A DNA stretch of 64,000 nucleotides, taken from Candidatus Zixiibacteriota bacterium (GTDB lineage: Bacteria > Zixibacteria > MSB-5A5 > UBA10806 > 4484-95). Below the pieces are notes generated by a model. It did not search any database. It was given only the letters and a program-made list of their open reading frames with translations, and was not told the DNA's origin. Within the stretch, counting starts at the first letter, position 1. Each line of letters starts with the position of its first letter. Shown in pieces: positions 19,101 to 28,003 of this stretch. The position numbers and the translations under genes were made by a program. The stretch is from NCBI GenBank assembly GCA_037441845.1, contig JBBIRK010000002.1:286854-350853 (forward strand), in the 5' to 3' direction.

Positions 19101-19101
19101 A
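13150..19101 (-). CDS. sprA: T9SS translocon / gliding-motility protein SprA (Sov)
   Basis: 1983 aa secreted protein with SprA N-terminal family pattern (TLKLRYKGGEDEILQTVEAGNTNLSLP) and beta-rich repeats throughout. Confidence 0.8.
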   Translation of the reverse strand: MILSGARLSLKRTNLLFSLAGFLLALTTWCVSAFAADNEFVVRLKYNNPYAPPPLLRNFPGGLSLIEDDCYILKFDLIKLKWRVDVTGSIDYVRLTRSFGKFAVYNPIAVDFDSYVRSSSENYLRKQWAAEMAGFSGTQSKPKAAEGIQIPINIGNVPKSVRSIIGEGGPRITVTGSRRIAFSGRSEWEDNLVNTGTFKQSKFPSLHMEQTSRFKIKGDIGSKLSIEVDQDSNRDQELANTLKLRYKGGEDEILQTVEAGNTNLSLPNAQLIGFSQNVQGLFGIKATAKVGNTELTMITSQEKGASEKATFQAGAQGSQDTIYDYAYLHNVYFWLGRPNEFNPATDSLLRVVLYRKGGPQPTQHDAYGKACVDPHYGPNPDETGGNDTLYYETQQEQSRSEFVQSHMLRLNDNDFDLNRAGWFITLHQPISDQTGDFLAAYIEYVRKNAPYDTLREGNLRGDTLVLKLIKAINPDSSFSTWDLEWRNVYDLRGRDLTEAGFELQIYKGHGDLNTDTTDQNQICYITLLGLDSLNNSTRARTPDCQFDFVSTVIDAGRGHLIFPMARPFDSPVLNTRNPLIYDLPYDNSSRANNQTYYIYVKSSKRSTTFSLGRTNIIENSEVVRMGNGQTLQRGVDYSINYDLGQITFINQEALNPTNNVSIDFEYAPFFLAEKKSFFGLSAKYNINDKSWLSWAGMYRKESAREYRPRVGREPRSSMIWDSNFIFGFAPKVLTRAVDFLPFIETETASRIDISGEVAQSFPNPNLRNDAYIDDFEGSRDYTDLMTRRGIWTTASPPVGMNLAAKRKLWWYNPYTPYLLTDIWPDRSVRDQDNRTDVLILRYSPNSDTILNPQAAWSGIMRPLFSGMNDQSLTQFIEIWYQPDTTYDGLDHPLFHIDIGKISEDLDGDGSSVPFTEDFNRNGIFEQNEDVGLDGLPNPQEPGFDQAANPDPNGDDWSYKTGTNAERNDFSRINGTEGNRNDPDRLNRFDTEDINNNTYTDLVNSYFSYTVNLLEPDTVIADSTRTGWKLLRIPLQDSTAFTSVGNANLSDFSQIKFVRLWISGASQQYLLKLASIQLVGNKWRKAPLRPEESNITFEVTVKNTQENIGYTSPPGVIAQSNRETGVVEKEQSLVLRYENLSPGQSVRAYWYLYQPEDYTLYSSMKMFVHGDNSADGGRLKFFFRMGVDTSRNNYYEYQTVLSDGWADGNHVDIDFAELTALKTRRPADHPDSIAYQEGPYLVKGNPSLSSIRCFVIGVYNDSLVADTQTVSGEVWCDELRVTGVRRNSDFAGRLGITVGLADFVNINANYNRQGADYVRLLDKKPGGSLSTTQSVSATINVDKIAPPSWQLKLPITYNWQQSRQLPRLMPSSDIILPADLREFYKSESRSWSVSAREQFRRNTNNWLWAWTLNRFTIGGTYGKQSSLNPTTPLSRTTTYNATGSYDLAPRSRPTIKPFYWTKYLFMPSGIHSAQLSFLPTTLKFDGTVNSTRSFSVNQRGIRTSSYVRDLALTQNYGFDLFSSLKTSFSMTSNRDISDPATLKFAYDPRDIKLGRERTFSQRFDVSFSPRLTSKIAPRFQYNSNYSDNSDFARSIDTTKTSQVGATLRGDLSLDIFDILGLKKRGAGKAPAAPKAAPGEKNDKEQGEQEEAEEFSPEKKKPGKPFKLPNPLKIFKPALNTIRSIKPLTLGYTFDKKMNQSGLYRRPDWKYTLGFADDPGVPKNTVIGLGTREQKIYNQDYSIGSGLAPLTGVDIGVSYKFRVGITRTTTDPVKNTSLDFPRIDVNISGVEKFPLFKKFAKTATMQSNYARKIDKSGHADTDQKYSRNVADSYTPLLAVNATLPKEVRITARYDFNKRKSENLRSEGINQRTSYSQDRTIRISLGYSLTAPRGINIPIFGKLKFESQLTLSLDYNKRFNKNWSIQNALKTVESDRVETSVEPKASYRFSAKITGGLQARWVDSNDKIQQRKRHIRELGIWTELRF

Positions 19102-19139
19102 ATCGATCTTTAGCTGTATCCTATAAAACTTCCTTTCGT

Positions 19140-20057
19140 TTAAGGTTCGACAAAAGTTATCTCGTACTCAAGCCTCAGCCCGTGTTTTTCGAGGGCTTTT
19201 GCTTTCATCGATTCGGCCAGATTCTTGACGTCGGCGGCTGTAGCTTTGCCTTTGTTCACGATTATATTGCAGTGTTTTTCGTAAACCTCTGCTCCTCCGA
19301 CTTTCATTCCTTTAACACCTGCTTCTTCGAGCAATTTCCCCGCCGGCACCAGCTCCGGTGATTTGATGTTTTTGAAAACGGATCCGGCGCTTCCCTCCCA
19401 GGTGGGGTGCTTTTCCCTGCGGATTCGTCTCAATTCGGCGGCTTTCGCGGCCAGAGCGGCTTTATCGCCCCGAGCAAGCTTGAGTTTGGCGGAGAGTATC
19501 AGATGAGGATCGGTTTTCAGGCGACTGTGTCGGTAGCCGAACTGGAAGAAATCGGAATCGACTATCTTGACTTGGCCATCGGGCGCCATCAACACCGCTC
19601 GTTCGAGGACATCGCCGATGCTTTTCCCCCATGCGCCCGCGTTGCCCCAAATCGCTCCGCCCACGCTTCCGGGAATGCCGGCGGCGAATTCGAGTCCGGC
19701 CAGAGAATGGTCGATTACGATATCGACGAGCCGGTTGTAAGAGACGCCCGATTGGACGGTGACGATTGTTTCGTGGATTTCGAAGCGATCGCATTCATCT
19801 TTAATCACCAAGCCGTCGAAACCGTTGTCGGCGAAAACGATATTGGAGCCGCCTCCCAAAACGAAATAGCGGAAATTCAACTCATTCGCCAGCAGGTAGG
19901 CCCGGGCCAGTTTTTCCGGAGTCGAAGCGATATAGAGATATTTAGCCGGGCCGCCCAAGCGAAAGCTGGTGAATTGCGCCAAAGGGACCGAGCGTTTCAA
20001 TTCTCCGCCGAATTTACCTTGTAAAAGATCGAATTTTTCCACGCTATCCACCGGCAT
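19140..20057 (-). CDS. murB: UDP-N-acetylenolpyruvoylglucosamine reductase
   Basis: FAD-binding domain (RLGGPAKYL, GGGSN) and MurB C-terminal pattern. Confidence 0.9.
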   Translation of the reverse strand: MPVDSVEKFDLLQGKFGGELKRSVPLAQFTSFRLGGPAKYLYIASTPEKLARAYLLANELNFRYFVLGGGSNIVFADNGFDGLVIKDECDRFEIHETIVTVQSGVSYNRLVDIVIDHSLAGLEFAAGIPGSVGGAIWGNAGAWGKSIGDVLERAVLMAPDGQVKIVDSDFFQFGYRHSRLKTDPHLILSAKLKLARGDKAALAAKAAELRRIRREKHPTWEGSAGSVFKNIKSPELVPAGKLLEEAGVKGMKVGGAEVYEKHCNIIVNKGKATAADVKNLAESMKAKALEKHGLRLEYEITFVEP

Positions 20058-20244
20058 AATAGTCCAAAATCGCTTAAAATCAAGTTTTTTGTAAGTTCAT
20101 CCCGTTCCGAGGAGAATCCATTCATTGTTGCCCGGGCAGCGGAAAATTCAAGTCGGAAGGAAACGCCTCCGAGCGCCGTTGTCTCGATTTCGGATCTGCT
20201 GGTTCAACCATCATATTCCCGGCGCGCGATCGCTACCGTACATC

Positions 20245-20583
20245 TTATTTTACGTCCGAATCGCCCTTTTGGTCAGTTTCGGGTTTATCGGCCGAATCTT
20301 TCGGCGGCTCGGGCTTATTGGCTTCATCGACATAATTCAAGCGAAGATCAGCCAGAATATTCGACAAATAACGTTCTTCCTGATCGGTAAGGTTGCCTTT
20401 GGTTTTGGCCTGGAGCATAGCCAGCATATCGATCGAATGTCTGGCCATCTCGAGGTTGCGTTCGATTTTTCCGGTGAACGGGCTGGCGATTTTACCCATC
20501 TGCTGATAGGCGGCGGCCTGGAAACTCATCAGAAGCTGAACGAACAGCAGCCGATTATCGTCGTTAGGGGAATTGTCGGTCAT
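20245..20583 (-). CDS. DUF1844 family protein
   Basis: LFVQLLMSFQAAAYQQMG ... KTKGNLTDQEERYLSNILADLRLNYV matches my memory of the DUF1844 consensus. Confidence 0.6.
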   Translation of the reverse strand: MTDNSPNDDNRLLFVQLLMSFQAAAYQQMGKIASPFTGKIERNLEMARHSIDMLAMLQAKTKGNLTDQEERYLSNILADLRLNYVDEANKPEPPKDSADKPETDQKGDSDVK

Positions 20584-20589
20584 CGCCTT

Positions 20590-20775
20590 TTACCTCGTTC
20601 CGTTGCGGGTAATTTTGAGCGCCAACGACAGTTTGTGTCGGATATCCATCAGATCGGCCTCGAGCTGTTTGAACAGGCGGCGCAAATCGAAATCCTCGGT
20701 TTCCTGGACGAATTGATTGAACATGCCGGCCAGTTCGCTGGCAAGTGAATCGGCTTTTTTGATTTTGTCCTGCAT
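20590..20775 (-). CDS. small hypothetical protein (61 aa) between recG and DUF1844
   Basis: ORF tightly packed in the recG-DUF1844 operon (12 nt and 6 nt spacers); no recognisable motif. Confidence 0.35.
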   Translation of the reverse strand: MQDKIKKADSLASELAGMFNQFVQETEDFDLRRLFKQLEADLMDIRHKLSLALKITRNGTR

Positions 20776-20786
20776 CGTACCTCCAT

Positions 20787-22916
20787 TCAGGCGGTTTGGG
20801 AATATATCAATTTTTTGGAAAATTTTCTTATTAACACTTGGCGCAACGTGCGGTTTTCCGATTTCAACAGGTGGGGGTCATCGGCTACTATATCGAAAGC
20901 GCAGGACCGCGCCAGACTTAAAGTGGCGGAATCGGTCAATTTGGCCACTCGCAATTCGGGCATACCGTGCTGTCGGGTTCCCATGAATTCGCCGGGGCCG
21001 CGAATCTGCAGATCGGCCTCAGCTATGCGGAATCCATCGTTGGCGGCGCACAGGGCTTTTATCCGACTTTCGGCCTCGGGGGAAAGCGCCTTATCGCTTA
21101 AAAGAAAACAATAGGATTGCTGATTGCCTCGTCCGACACGTCCGCGGAGTTGATGAAGCTGCGAAAGACCGAACCTTTCGGCCTGTTCGATCACCATGAT
21201 GGTGGCGTTGGGGACGTCGAGTCCGACCTCGATCACGGTGGTGCCGACGATAATCTGATATTCGCCGGCGCGGAATTTTTCCATGATAAAGTTTTTATCG
21301 CGGCCTTTCAGTCGTCCGTGAAGGAGGGCCAGGCGCAGATCGGGAAATGTGTCCCGGCTCAGCTTTTCGAAACTTTCGACGGCCGCCGCCAGATCGATTT
21401 TTTCGGATTCCTCAACCAGAGGGAAAACGATATACGCCTGCCGTCCGCTTTTTATTTGGTCGTGGACGAACCGATACATGGCCTCTTTTTTTTCCGGAGG
21501 AACGAACGAAGTCTTGACGGGGATTCTTCCCGGGGGCATGCCGTCGATGATTGAAACATCGAGGTCACCGTAGAGGGTCATGGCCAAAGTCCGCGGGATA
21601 GGAGTGGCGGTCATCACCAATACATGGGGGAACTTTCCCTTGCTTTTCAAGGCGGCGCGCTGAGCCACTCCGAATCGATGTTGTTCGTCGATCACCGCCA
21701 ACCCCAGGCGGCAAAACTGCAGATTTTCTTGAATGAGGGTCTGGGTGCCTATGACCATATCAATTCGGCCGTCGGCGATCTCTTGTTTCAAAGTGGTTCG
21801 CATCTTCCCCTTGACCGACCCGGTTAATACCGCCAGCCTGACGGGCAGGTCGGATAACATGAGACTCAAGGCGTAGCCATGTTGTTCGGCCAGAATCTCG
21901 GTCGGCACCATGAGGGCGGCCTGATAACCGGACTCGACAGCGGCCAGCATGGCCAGAAGCGCCACCACGGTTTTGCCGCTGCCGACGTCTCCCTGCAACA
22001 GGCGATTCATCGGATGCGGCTTGGCCATATCCGCCAGAATTTCCCGCAGGACTTTTTTCTGGGCGGGGGTGAGTTCGAAGTGCAGGTTGTTCAAAAGCAT
22101 GCGGCCGAGTTTTTTGGGCGGAGGAATCGGTATTCCCGGTTCTTGAGTCGAGCGGACTTGACGGCGCGCGGCCAGTAGGAGTTCGAAATAAAAGAATTCC
22201 TCGAAAGAGAGCCGATGCATTCCTTTATCGGCGAGTTCGCGGGAATCCGGAAAATGGGTTTGATAAACGGCCTTGTTGAAATCGAGAAGATCGTGCTTGC
22301 GGCGGAGTTCGGCCGGCAGGGTTTCGCATTCGAGTCCGGCCAATATGTCGAGCGCCGGTTTGATGATTCTGCGCAGCCCCCGCGAATGAAGACCCATTCG
22401 ATTCAATCCGGAGGTTTGGGGGTATATGGGAATGATACGCCGGGTGTGCAGCGGAGTATCCTCGGGACCGGAAACGATCTCGAATTCCGGGTGGCTCATC
22501 TGCAGATATTTGAATCGGCCGACGCGGCCGGTGGCGGCGACGATGTCACCCTCGGAAAACATTTTCAGCAGATACTTGTATCCGGAGAACCAAACGAGTT
22601 CGAGGATACCTGAATCGTCTTGAAGATATACCACGAATCTCCTCTTGCCTCCGAACAACTCGTCGAATGAAGTCACCTCGCCTATAACGGTGGCCACCGA
22701 GCCCTCCTGCAGCCGGTCGATCGGCAGAATCTCGGTGCGGTCGAGATATTTACGGGGGACGTAGAAAAACAGGTCGAACACCGTGGCGATGCCGGCCTCT
22801 TTCAAAGCGGCTGCCCGCTCCGGACCGATCCCTTTCAGGTATTGAATATCCTGAAACAGGAAATCCAGCGCGCGGTTTCGAGAATCAGTTTTCGGTATCT
22901 CCGAATGCTTCTGCAT
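20787..22916 (-). CDS. recG: ATP-dependent DNA helicase RecG
   Basis: Wedge/OB N-terminus; Walker A GDVGSGKT; DEQH box; helicase C motifs. Confidence 0.9.
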   Translation of the reverse strand: MQKHSEIPKTDSRNRALDFLFQDIQYLKGIGPERAAALKEAGIATVFDLFFYVPRKYLDRTEILPIDRLQEGSVATVIGEVTSFDELFGGKRRFVVYLQDDSGILELVWFSGYKYLLKMFSEGDIVAATGRVGRFKYLQMSHPEFEIVSGPEDTPLHTRRIIPIYPQTSGLNRMGLHSRGLRRIIKPALDILAGLECETLPAELRRKHDLLDFNKAVYQTHFPDSRELADKGMHRLSFEEFFYFELLLAARRQVRSTQEPGIPIPPPKKLGRMLLNNLHFELTPAQKKVLREILADMAKPHPMNRLLQGDVGSGKTVVALLAMLAAVESGYQAALMVPTEILAEQHGYALSLMLSDLPVRLAVLTGSVKGKMRTTLKQEIADGRIDMVIGTQTLIQENLQFCRLGLAVIDEQHRFGVAQRAALKSKGKFPHVLVMTATPIPRTLAMTLYGDLDVSIIDGMPPGRIPVKTSFVPPEKKEAMYRFVHDQIKSGRQAYIVFPLVEESEKIDLAAAVESFEKLSRDTFPDLRLALLHGRLKGRDKNFIMEKFRAGEYQIIVGTTVIEVGLDVPNATIMVIEQAERFGLSQLHQLRGRVGRGNQQSYCFLLSDKALSPEAESRIKALCAANDGFRIAEADLQIRGPGEFMGTRQHGMPELRVAKLTDSATLSLARSCAFDIVADDPHLLKSENRTLRQVLIRKFSKKLIYSQTA

Positions 22917-23043
22917 TATAGGCGATTATAGAAGTTAACGAAGAGCGCAGTCAAGACCAATCAGGGCGGGTCGTCCGAGCGTAAAGTGCACAATCTCGAT
23001 TTGTTATGAGAGAAAGCGGCCGGCACGGGATCCATAAATTCGT

Positions 23044-23071
23044 TTGTCAAAATCAGCGAAATGAGTATATT
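23044..23071 (+). promoter_or_regulatory. sigma70-like promoter TTGTCA-N16-TATATT upstream of rfbB
   Basis: Hexamers at 23044-23049 and 23066-23071, about 30 nt upstream of the rfbB ATG (23102). Confidence 0.4.
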
Positions 23072-23101
23072 TTCGCCGAAAAGCATTGCTATAAAGGTTT
23101 C

Positions 23102-24166
23102 ATGGCGGTTTACGAAAAGACGATAATCATAACCGGCGGCGCCGGATTCATCGGATCAAACCTTCTGCTTTATCTGGTTCCCCGATACCCCAATTACAGA
23201 TTTATCAATATCGACAGCCTGACCTACGCCGGCAATTTGGCCAATTTGCGGAAGATCGAGAGAAACGCCAATTACGTTTTCGAGAAAATAGATATACGCG
23301 ATTACGCGAAGCTGCGCGATTGTTTCGAGAGGTTCCAGCCCGACGGGTTGATAAATCTGGCCGCCGAATCGCACGTGGACAGGTCGATCATGGGGCCGGC
23401 ACCATTTATCGAGACGAATATACTCGGCACTTTCAATTTGCTGGAATTAACCCGGGCAAGGTCGGCGATAAAAGGTTCATTTCGTTTTCATCAGGTGTCG
23501 ACTGACGAGGTTTATGGGGAAATGGAGGGCGAAAGCCGGGCGGACGAGGATTTCCCCTACCGGCCGAGTTCGCCCTATTCGGCAAGCAAGGGGTCGGCCG
23601 ATCATTTGGTGCGGGCGTATCACCGCACATACGGGCTGGATACGGTGATCACGATTTCGAGCAATAATTTCGGGCCGTATCAATTTCCGGAGAAGCTGGT
23701 GCCGCTGACGATACGCAACGCCCTTGCCGAAATCGCGATACCGATTTACGGCGACGGCTTGCAGGTGCGCGATTGGCTGTATGTAATGGATCATTGTCGC
23801 GCCATCGACCTGGTTTTTCACAAAGGGGTTTCGGGCAAGACGTACAATGTGGGTGGAGGCAGGCAGGCGGCCAATATCGATATCGTGAAAAGCGTTTGCC
23901 GCCATGTCGATCGCTTGACGGGCCGAGGGCCAAGCGAGCGGCTGATCGAGCTGGTGAAGGATCGCCCCGGGCATGATCGAAGATATGCTATAGACACTCA
24001 TTTGATCGAAAGCGAGCTGGGCTGGAGATGCGAATATCCTTTCGAGCAGGCGATGAGCGAAACAGTCGAATGGTATTTCAAGAACAAGCAGTGGCTCGAT
24101 AACTGCATTTCGGGCGAATACGCGAACTATTACGACAAAGTTTATGCTAAAGGTTGGAAAGATTAA
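23102..24166 (+). CDS. rfbB: dTDP-glucose 4,6-dehydratase
   Basis: TGGAGFIGS, YxxxK SDR motifs; start at MAVYEK (the track ORF is extended from 23006). Confidence 0.9.
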   Translation: MAVYEKTIIITGGAGFIGSNLLLYLVPRYPNYRFINIDSLTYAGNLANLRKIERNANYVFEKIDIRDYAKLRDCFERFQPDGLINLAAESHVDRSIMGPAPFIETNILGTFNLLELTRARSAIKGSFRFHQVSTDEVYGEMEGESRADEDFPYRPSSPYSASKGSADHLVRAYHRTYGLDTVITISSNNFGPYQFPEKLVPLTIRNALAEIAIPIYGDGLQVRDWLYVMDHCRAIDLVFHKGVSGKTYNVGGGRQAANIDIVKSVCRHVDRLTGRGPSERLIELVKDRPGHDRRYAIDTHLIESELGWRCEYPFEQAMSETVEWYFKNKQWLDNCISGEYANYYDKVYAKGWKD

Positions 24167-25045
24167 ATGGCGGACGGCATGAGGAAAGGGATAATACTGG
24201 CGGGCGGCAGCGGCAGCAGGCTTTACCCGGCCACCGCGGCGATATGCAAGCAGTTGTTGCCACTTTACGACAAGCCGATGGTTTATTATCCTCTTTCGAC
24301 TCTGATGCAATTCGGGATAAGGGAAGTATTGCTGATATCGACGCCGGAATTTATCGGCAGATTCGAGCGGCTTCTCGGAAACGGAAGCAGGCTGGGTATA
24401 AATATCAGCTATGCGGTTCAGGAGCGCCCGGAGGGGATAGCCCAGGCGATAATTATCGGAGAGGATTTCATCGCCGGAGACAATTTCGCGCTGATTTTGG
24501 GAGATAACGTCTTTTACGGGCCGCTCGATTTGGAACGCGAGGCGGCATCGTTTACCCGTGGGGCGACCATTTTCGGCTATCGGGTGCGCAATCCGCAGAG
24601 ATACGGCGTGATAGAATTCGGCGAAAGCGGTGAAATCGAAAGGATTGTCGAGAAACCGTCGGCTCCGAAATCGGATTACGCGGTTACCGGGCTGTATCTT
24701 TACGACGGAGGTGCGGTCGCAATCGCCAAAGAGCTGAAACCATCGGCGCGCGGAGAACTCGAAATCACCGATGTCAATAATGCTTACCTTCGGGAAAAAC
24801 AATTGAATCTGGTCAGGCTGGGACAAGGGTTCGCCTGGTTGGACAGCGGCACTTTCGAAAGCATACTGGAAGCGGCCAATTTCATCGCCACGATCGAGAA
24901 ACGGCAGGGCGTGAAAATAGCCTGTATCGAGGAGACGGCTTGGAAAAAAGGGTTCATCGGCAAAGACGACCTCCTGAAATTGATAACGGAAATGCCCGAC
25001 AACGATTACCGTCACTACCTGGAGCGGATAACCGGTCATAGATGA
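24167..25045 (+). CDS. rfbA: glucose-1-phosphate thymidylyltransferase
   Basis: GIILAGGSGSRLYPAT...KQLLP motif. Confidence 0.9.
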   Translation: MADGMRKGIILAGGSGSRLYPATAAICKQLLPLYDKPMVYYPLSTLMQFGIREVLLISTPEFIGRFERLLGNGSRLGINISYAVQERPEGIAQAIIIGEDFIAGDNFALILGDNVFYGPLDLEREAASFTRGATIFGYRVRNPQRYGVIEFGESGEIERIVEKPSAPKSDYAVTGLYLYDGGAVAIAKELKPSARGELEITDVNNAYLREKQLNLVRLGQGFAWLDSGTFESILEAANFIATIEKRQGVKIACIEETAWKKGFIGKDDLLKLITEMPDNDYRHYLERITGHR

Positions 25046-25923
25046 AAAGGGTGTTGATAATCGGCGGAAGCGGCCGGCTGGGGCGGGCTTTGGTCGAGCG
25101 GCTGAAAGTCAAATACGAAATTCATGCCCCCAGCAGAGCGCAGCTGGATATAACGGATGCCGAAGCGGTTCGGAGATGTTTGGAGGCAACGGTTCCGCAG
25201 ATAGTGATAAATGCGGCAGCCATAACCGATGTGGATTATTGCGAGACGAACCCGGCGGCGGCGATGGCGGTGAACGGCGAGGCTCCGGGGAAACTTGCCG
25301 GAATCTGTAAAGAGATCGATGCCGAGATTGTTCACTTTTCGACGAATTATGTTTTTAACGGGCGCAAGAGCCGACCTTATATCGAAGATGATCCGCCCGA
25401 TCCGATAAACGAGTACGGCAAGAGCAAGCTTGCGGGGGAACGTCGGGTAAGCGAAATCGCAGAGAAGTGGACCATATTGAGGGTGGCCTGGCTTTATGGT
25501 CCGACCGGGAATGATTTTATCAAAACGATAATGAGGGAAGGTCGAAACTGGGTTGCCGCGATGAAGGAGGGCCGGCGTCCCCCGCCGATCAAGGTGGTCG
25601 CCGATCAGATCGGCAATCCCACCTGGGTGAGGGAAGTCGCCCGCCAGGTGGAGATCGTTATCGATGGAGGACTGCGGGGTTTGTTCCATTGCGTTTCCGG
25701 CGGAGCCGTATCGAGATTCGAGCTGGCCAAAGAGATTTTCAGAATAAAGAATATCGGGGCCGAATGTGCTCCATACGTTTCGGAGGAGTTCGGGTGGAAG
25801 GCGAAACGACCTTTGAATGCGGGTCTGGAGAACAGAAGGTTGACCGAACTCGGGCTGAATTCTATGAGAAATTGTATCGAAACGGTGACTGAGTATCTGC
25901 AAAGCGAGGGCGGCGATTTATAA
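25042..25923 (+). CDS. rfbD: dTDP-4-dehydrorhamnose reductase
   Basis: RmlD fold pattern (IIGGSGRLG ... YGKSKLAGE). Confidence 0.85.
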   Translation: MKRVLIIGGSGRLGRALVERLKVKYEIHAPSRAQLDITDAEAVRRCLEATVPQIVINAAAITDVDYCETNPAAAMAVNGEAPGKLAGICKEIDAEIVHFSTNYVFNGRKSRPYIEDDPPDPINEYGKSKLAGERRVSEIAEKWTILRVAWLYGPTGNDFIKTIMREGRNWVAAMKEGRRPPPIKVVADQIGNPTWVREVARQVEIVIDGGLRGLFHCVSGGAVSRFELAKEIFRIKNIGAECAPYVSEEFGWKAKRPLNAGLENRRLTELGLNSMRNCIETVTEYLQSEGGDL

Positions 25924-25945
25924 GCCCGAAATCAAGATCGAGGGA

Positions 25946-26392
25946 GTGGTAATCCGACCGCTGGAACCGCACCGGGACGGCCGCGGCTGGCTGGTGGAGC
26001 TTTTCAGGAGTGATTGGCCCGAGGGCAGACATCGGCCGATGATGAGCTATATCTCGTTGACGGCACCGGGCGCAAGCAGAGGCCCGCATGAGCATCGGGA
26101 GCAAACCGATTATTTCTGCTTTATCGGGCCGTCGAAGTTCAGAGTCTATTTGTGGGACAATCGACGCCAATCGCCCACAAACGGTGAATCGGCGCGAATC
26201 GATATCGACGAGAATAATCCACTTGCGATAATAATTCCCCCCGGGGTGGTCCACGCTTACAAGAATATCGGTGCTGTGCCCGGCTATGTATTCAATGCAC
26301 CGGACAAACTTTATCGTGGGCCGGGACGCAGCCTGGCGGTGGACGAAATCCGCTATGAGGACGACACGGAGAGCCGATTCGTGATGGACTGA
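25946..26392 (+). CDS. rfbC: dTDP-4-dehydrorhamnose 3,5-epimerase (short cupin form)
   Basis: RGWLVELFR ... YISLTAPGASRGPHEH cupin motif. Confidence 0.75.
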   Translation: MVIRPLEPHRDGRGWLVELFRSDWPEGRHRPMMSYISLTAPGASRGPHEHREQTDYFCFIGPSKFRVYLWDNRRQSPTNGESARIDIDENNPLAIIIPPGVVHAYKNIGAVPGYVFNAPDKLYRGPGRSLAVDEIRYEDDTESRFVMD

Positions 26393-26444
26393 GCTGCGGC
26401 AGAACCAATGGGATAAGCGCGAAAGCAAAAACGGCAAAAAAGCA

Positions 26445-26473
26445 TAGGCGGATCGTGAATATCCGCCTTTTTT
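26445..26473 (+). terminator. Rho-independent terminator after rfbC (AGGCGGAT-loop-ATCCGCCT + T6)
   Basis: Hairpin 26445-26467 followed by TTTTTT. Confidence 0.6.
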
Positions 26474-26497
26474 ATCTGCCTAAAATCGTTTGGATGT

Positions 26498-27880
26498 TCA
26501 AATTTTAAGGGCGGTCATGAATTCACGGGCGGTCAAGTTCTCGCAGGAAAATATGACGTCTTCGATTCGTTTCCGCCGGTCGGGATTGAGCAGGCTGCCG
26601 GAAAGGGCATCGAACTTGGCATTGAGGTCCTCTTCGGTCATCGGTTCGCGGGGATCGCCCTTAGGATACTCGAGATATTCGGAATATTCGCGGCCGTCGG
26701 TGGTGCGGATAACCACTTTCGACGGTTGTTTGGCGGGGAACATTTTTTCGAATTCGACGGAAGCCTCGCCCTTTATCTTGTCAATCACATCCCAGATTCG
26801 CTTATCGGCCAGTTTTTCCTCGGAGAACGAGGCGGTGGTGATTTGACGATCGACGATGGCTGCGGCGATGCAATAGGGCAGCGAGTGATCGGCGGTCTCG
26901 CGCGATTTCGGCCGATACTTGTGGGGATCGAACAGGATGTCGCAGGCGCGGGCGATAGTGGTCACGGTAACGCTTTCGATCTGGTCGTATTTGATGTCGT
27001 TGGCTTTGACCACCTTGAGGGTGGCGCTGATATGAGTATGAGTCAGGGCCTCGGTGGGGAAAGCTTTCATGCTGCATTGCAGAATTTTGAAATCTTTGCC
27101 CAAATCTCCGATTAGTTTGGCGACCGCCCAATCGGGCCCAAACACCTGCATGAATCCCTCTTTGCCCTCGAAAACGAGCTCGGTGCCGGTGTAGCCCCGG
27201 GCCGCCATCATGGCAGCGAAAATGCCGGAGGCGGCGGCCATCGGGTCAACCGTATTTTTCATCATGGTGAGCTGGCCTGCGGTGGGGCAGCCGATCGTGT
27301 GATTGTGGCAACCGTTGATGCCGATCGCATTCACGATCTGATCGACGGTCAGCCCGAGAAGCTTGCCGGCAACCAGAGGCGATACGAATTGGGTGAGGGT
27401 GGCGTGATGCCATTTTCTTTCGCGGATCCCCGGAACGGCGAATTCGCACAGTCGTTGTTCGAATTCGTATGCCAGCACGATACCGACCAGAACCTCTTTC
27501 ATCGAAGCGTCAACCATTTCGCCGGCGGCGACGGCGGTGGGAATGAGATCCGAGGGATGGGAAGGATCTTCTTTCCAATAGATATCGTTGAAATCGAGCG
27601 CCCGGATCATCAGGGAATTGACCAAGGCTGCGTTCACACCGGGCAGCTTGTCGCCGAAACCGATCAGAGTCGCCTCGGGCTTGCCCCCCATATCCACGCA
27701 GATCGAGCGCATGATACCGACGTCTTTGGTGTGATAGGCGCCATAGGCGCAGCCGATCGAATCGTAAAGATAACGTTTGGCTTCGTCGATAACCGCCCGG
27801 GGAAGATCGCCGTAGCGGAGACCGACCGCGAATTCGGCCATGGTTCTCGAGATCGATTTTTCCATTTCAGACCCTTTCAC
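26498..27880 (-). CDS. MmgE/PrpD family protein (2-methylcitrate dehydratase / cis-aconitate decarboxylase family)
   Basis: Full-length 460 aa reads as the MmgE/PrpD fold pattern throughout. Confidence 0.8.
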   Translation of the reverse strand: MKGSEMEKSISRTMAEFAVGLRYGDLPRAVIDEAKRYLYDSIGCAYGAYHTKDVGIMRSICVDMGGKPEATLIGFGDKLPGVNAALVNSLMIRALDFNDIYWKEDPSHPSDLIPTAVAAGEMVDASMKEVLVGIVLAYEFEQRLCEFAVPGIRERKWHHATLTQFVSPLVAGKLLGLTVDQIVNAIGINGCHNHTIGCPTAGQLTMMKNTVDPMAAASGIFAAMMAARGYTGTELVFEGKEGFMQVFGPDWAVAKLIGDLGKDFKILQCSMKAFPTEALTHTHISATLKVVKANDIKYDQIESVTVTTIARACDILFDPHKYRPKSRETADHSLPYCIAAAIVDRQITTASFSEEKLADKRIWDVIDKIKGEASVEFEKMFPAKQPSKVVIRTTDGREYSEYLEYPKGDPREPMTEEDLNAKFDALSGSLLNPDRRKRIEDVIFSCENLTAREFMTALKI

Positions 27881-28003
27881 TAAATTTCAGGTAATTCATT
27901 TCATGTCCATTACCATGACGGATGCCGCCCAACCGAGTTACGGCAACCATCCGCAATGAAACCGATTCATCGGGAATTCCAATCCGATCGCCTCGAAGAA
28001 AAT

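Noticed and set aside
20125-20748. 207 aa plus-strand ORF covering the DUF1844 / small-ORF region
   Set aside because: It is antisense to two minus-strand ORFs packed tightly into the recG operon. DUF1844 has a recognisable family signature and the plus ORF has none.
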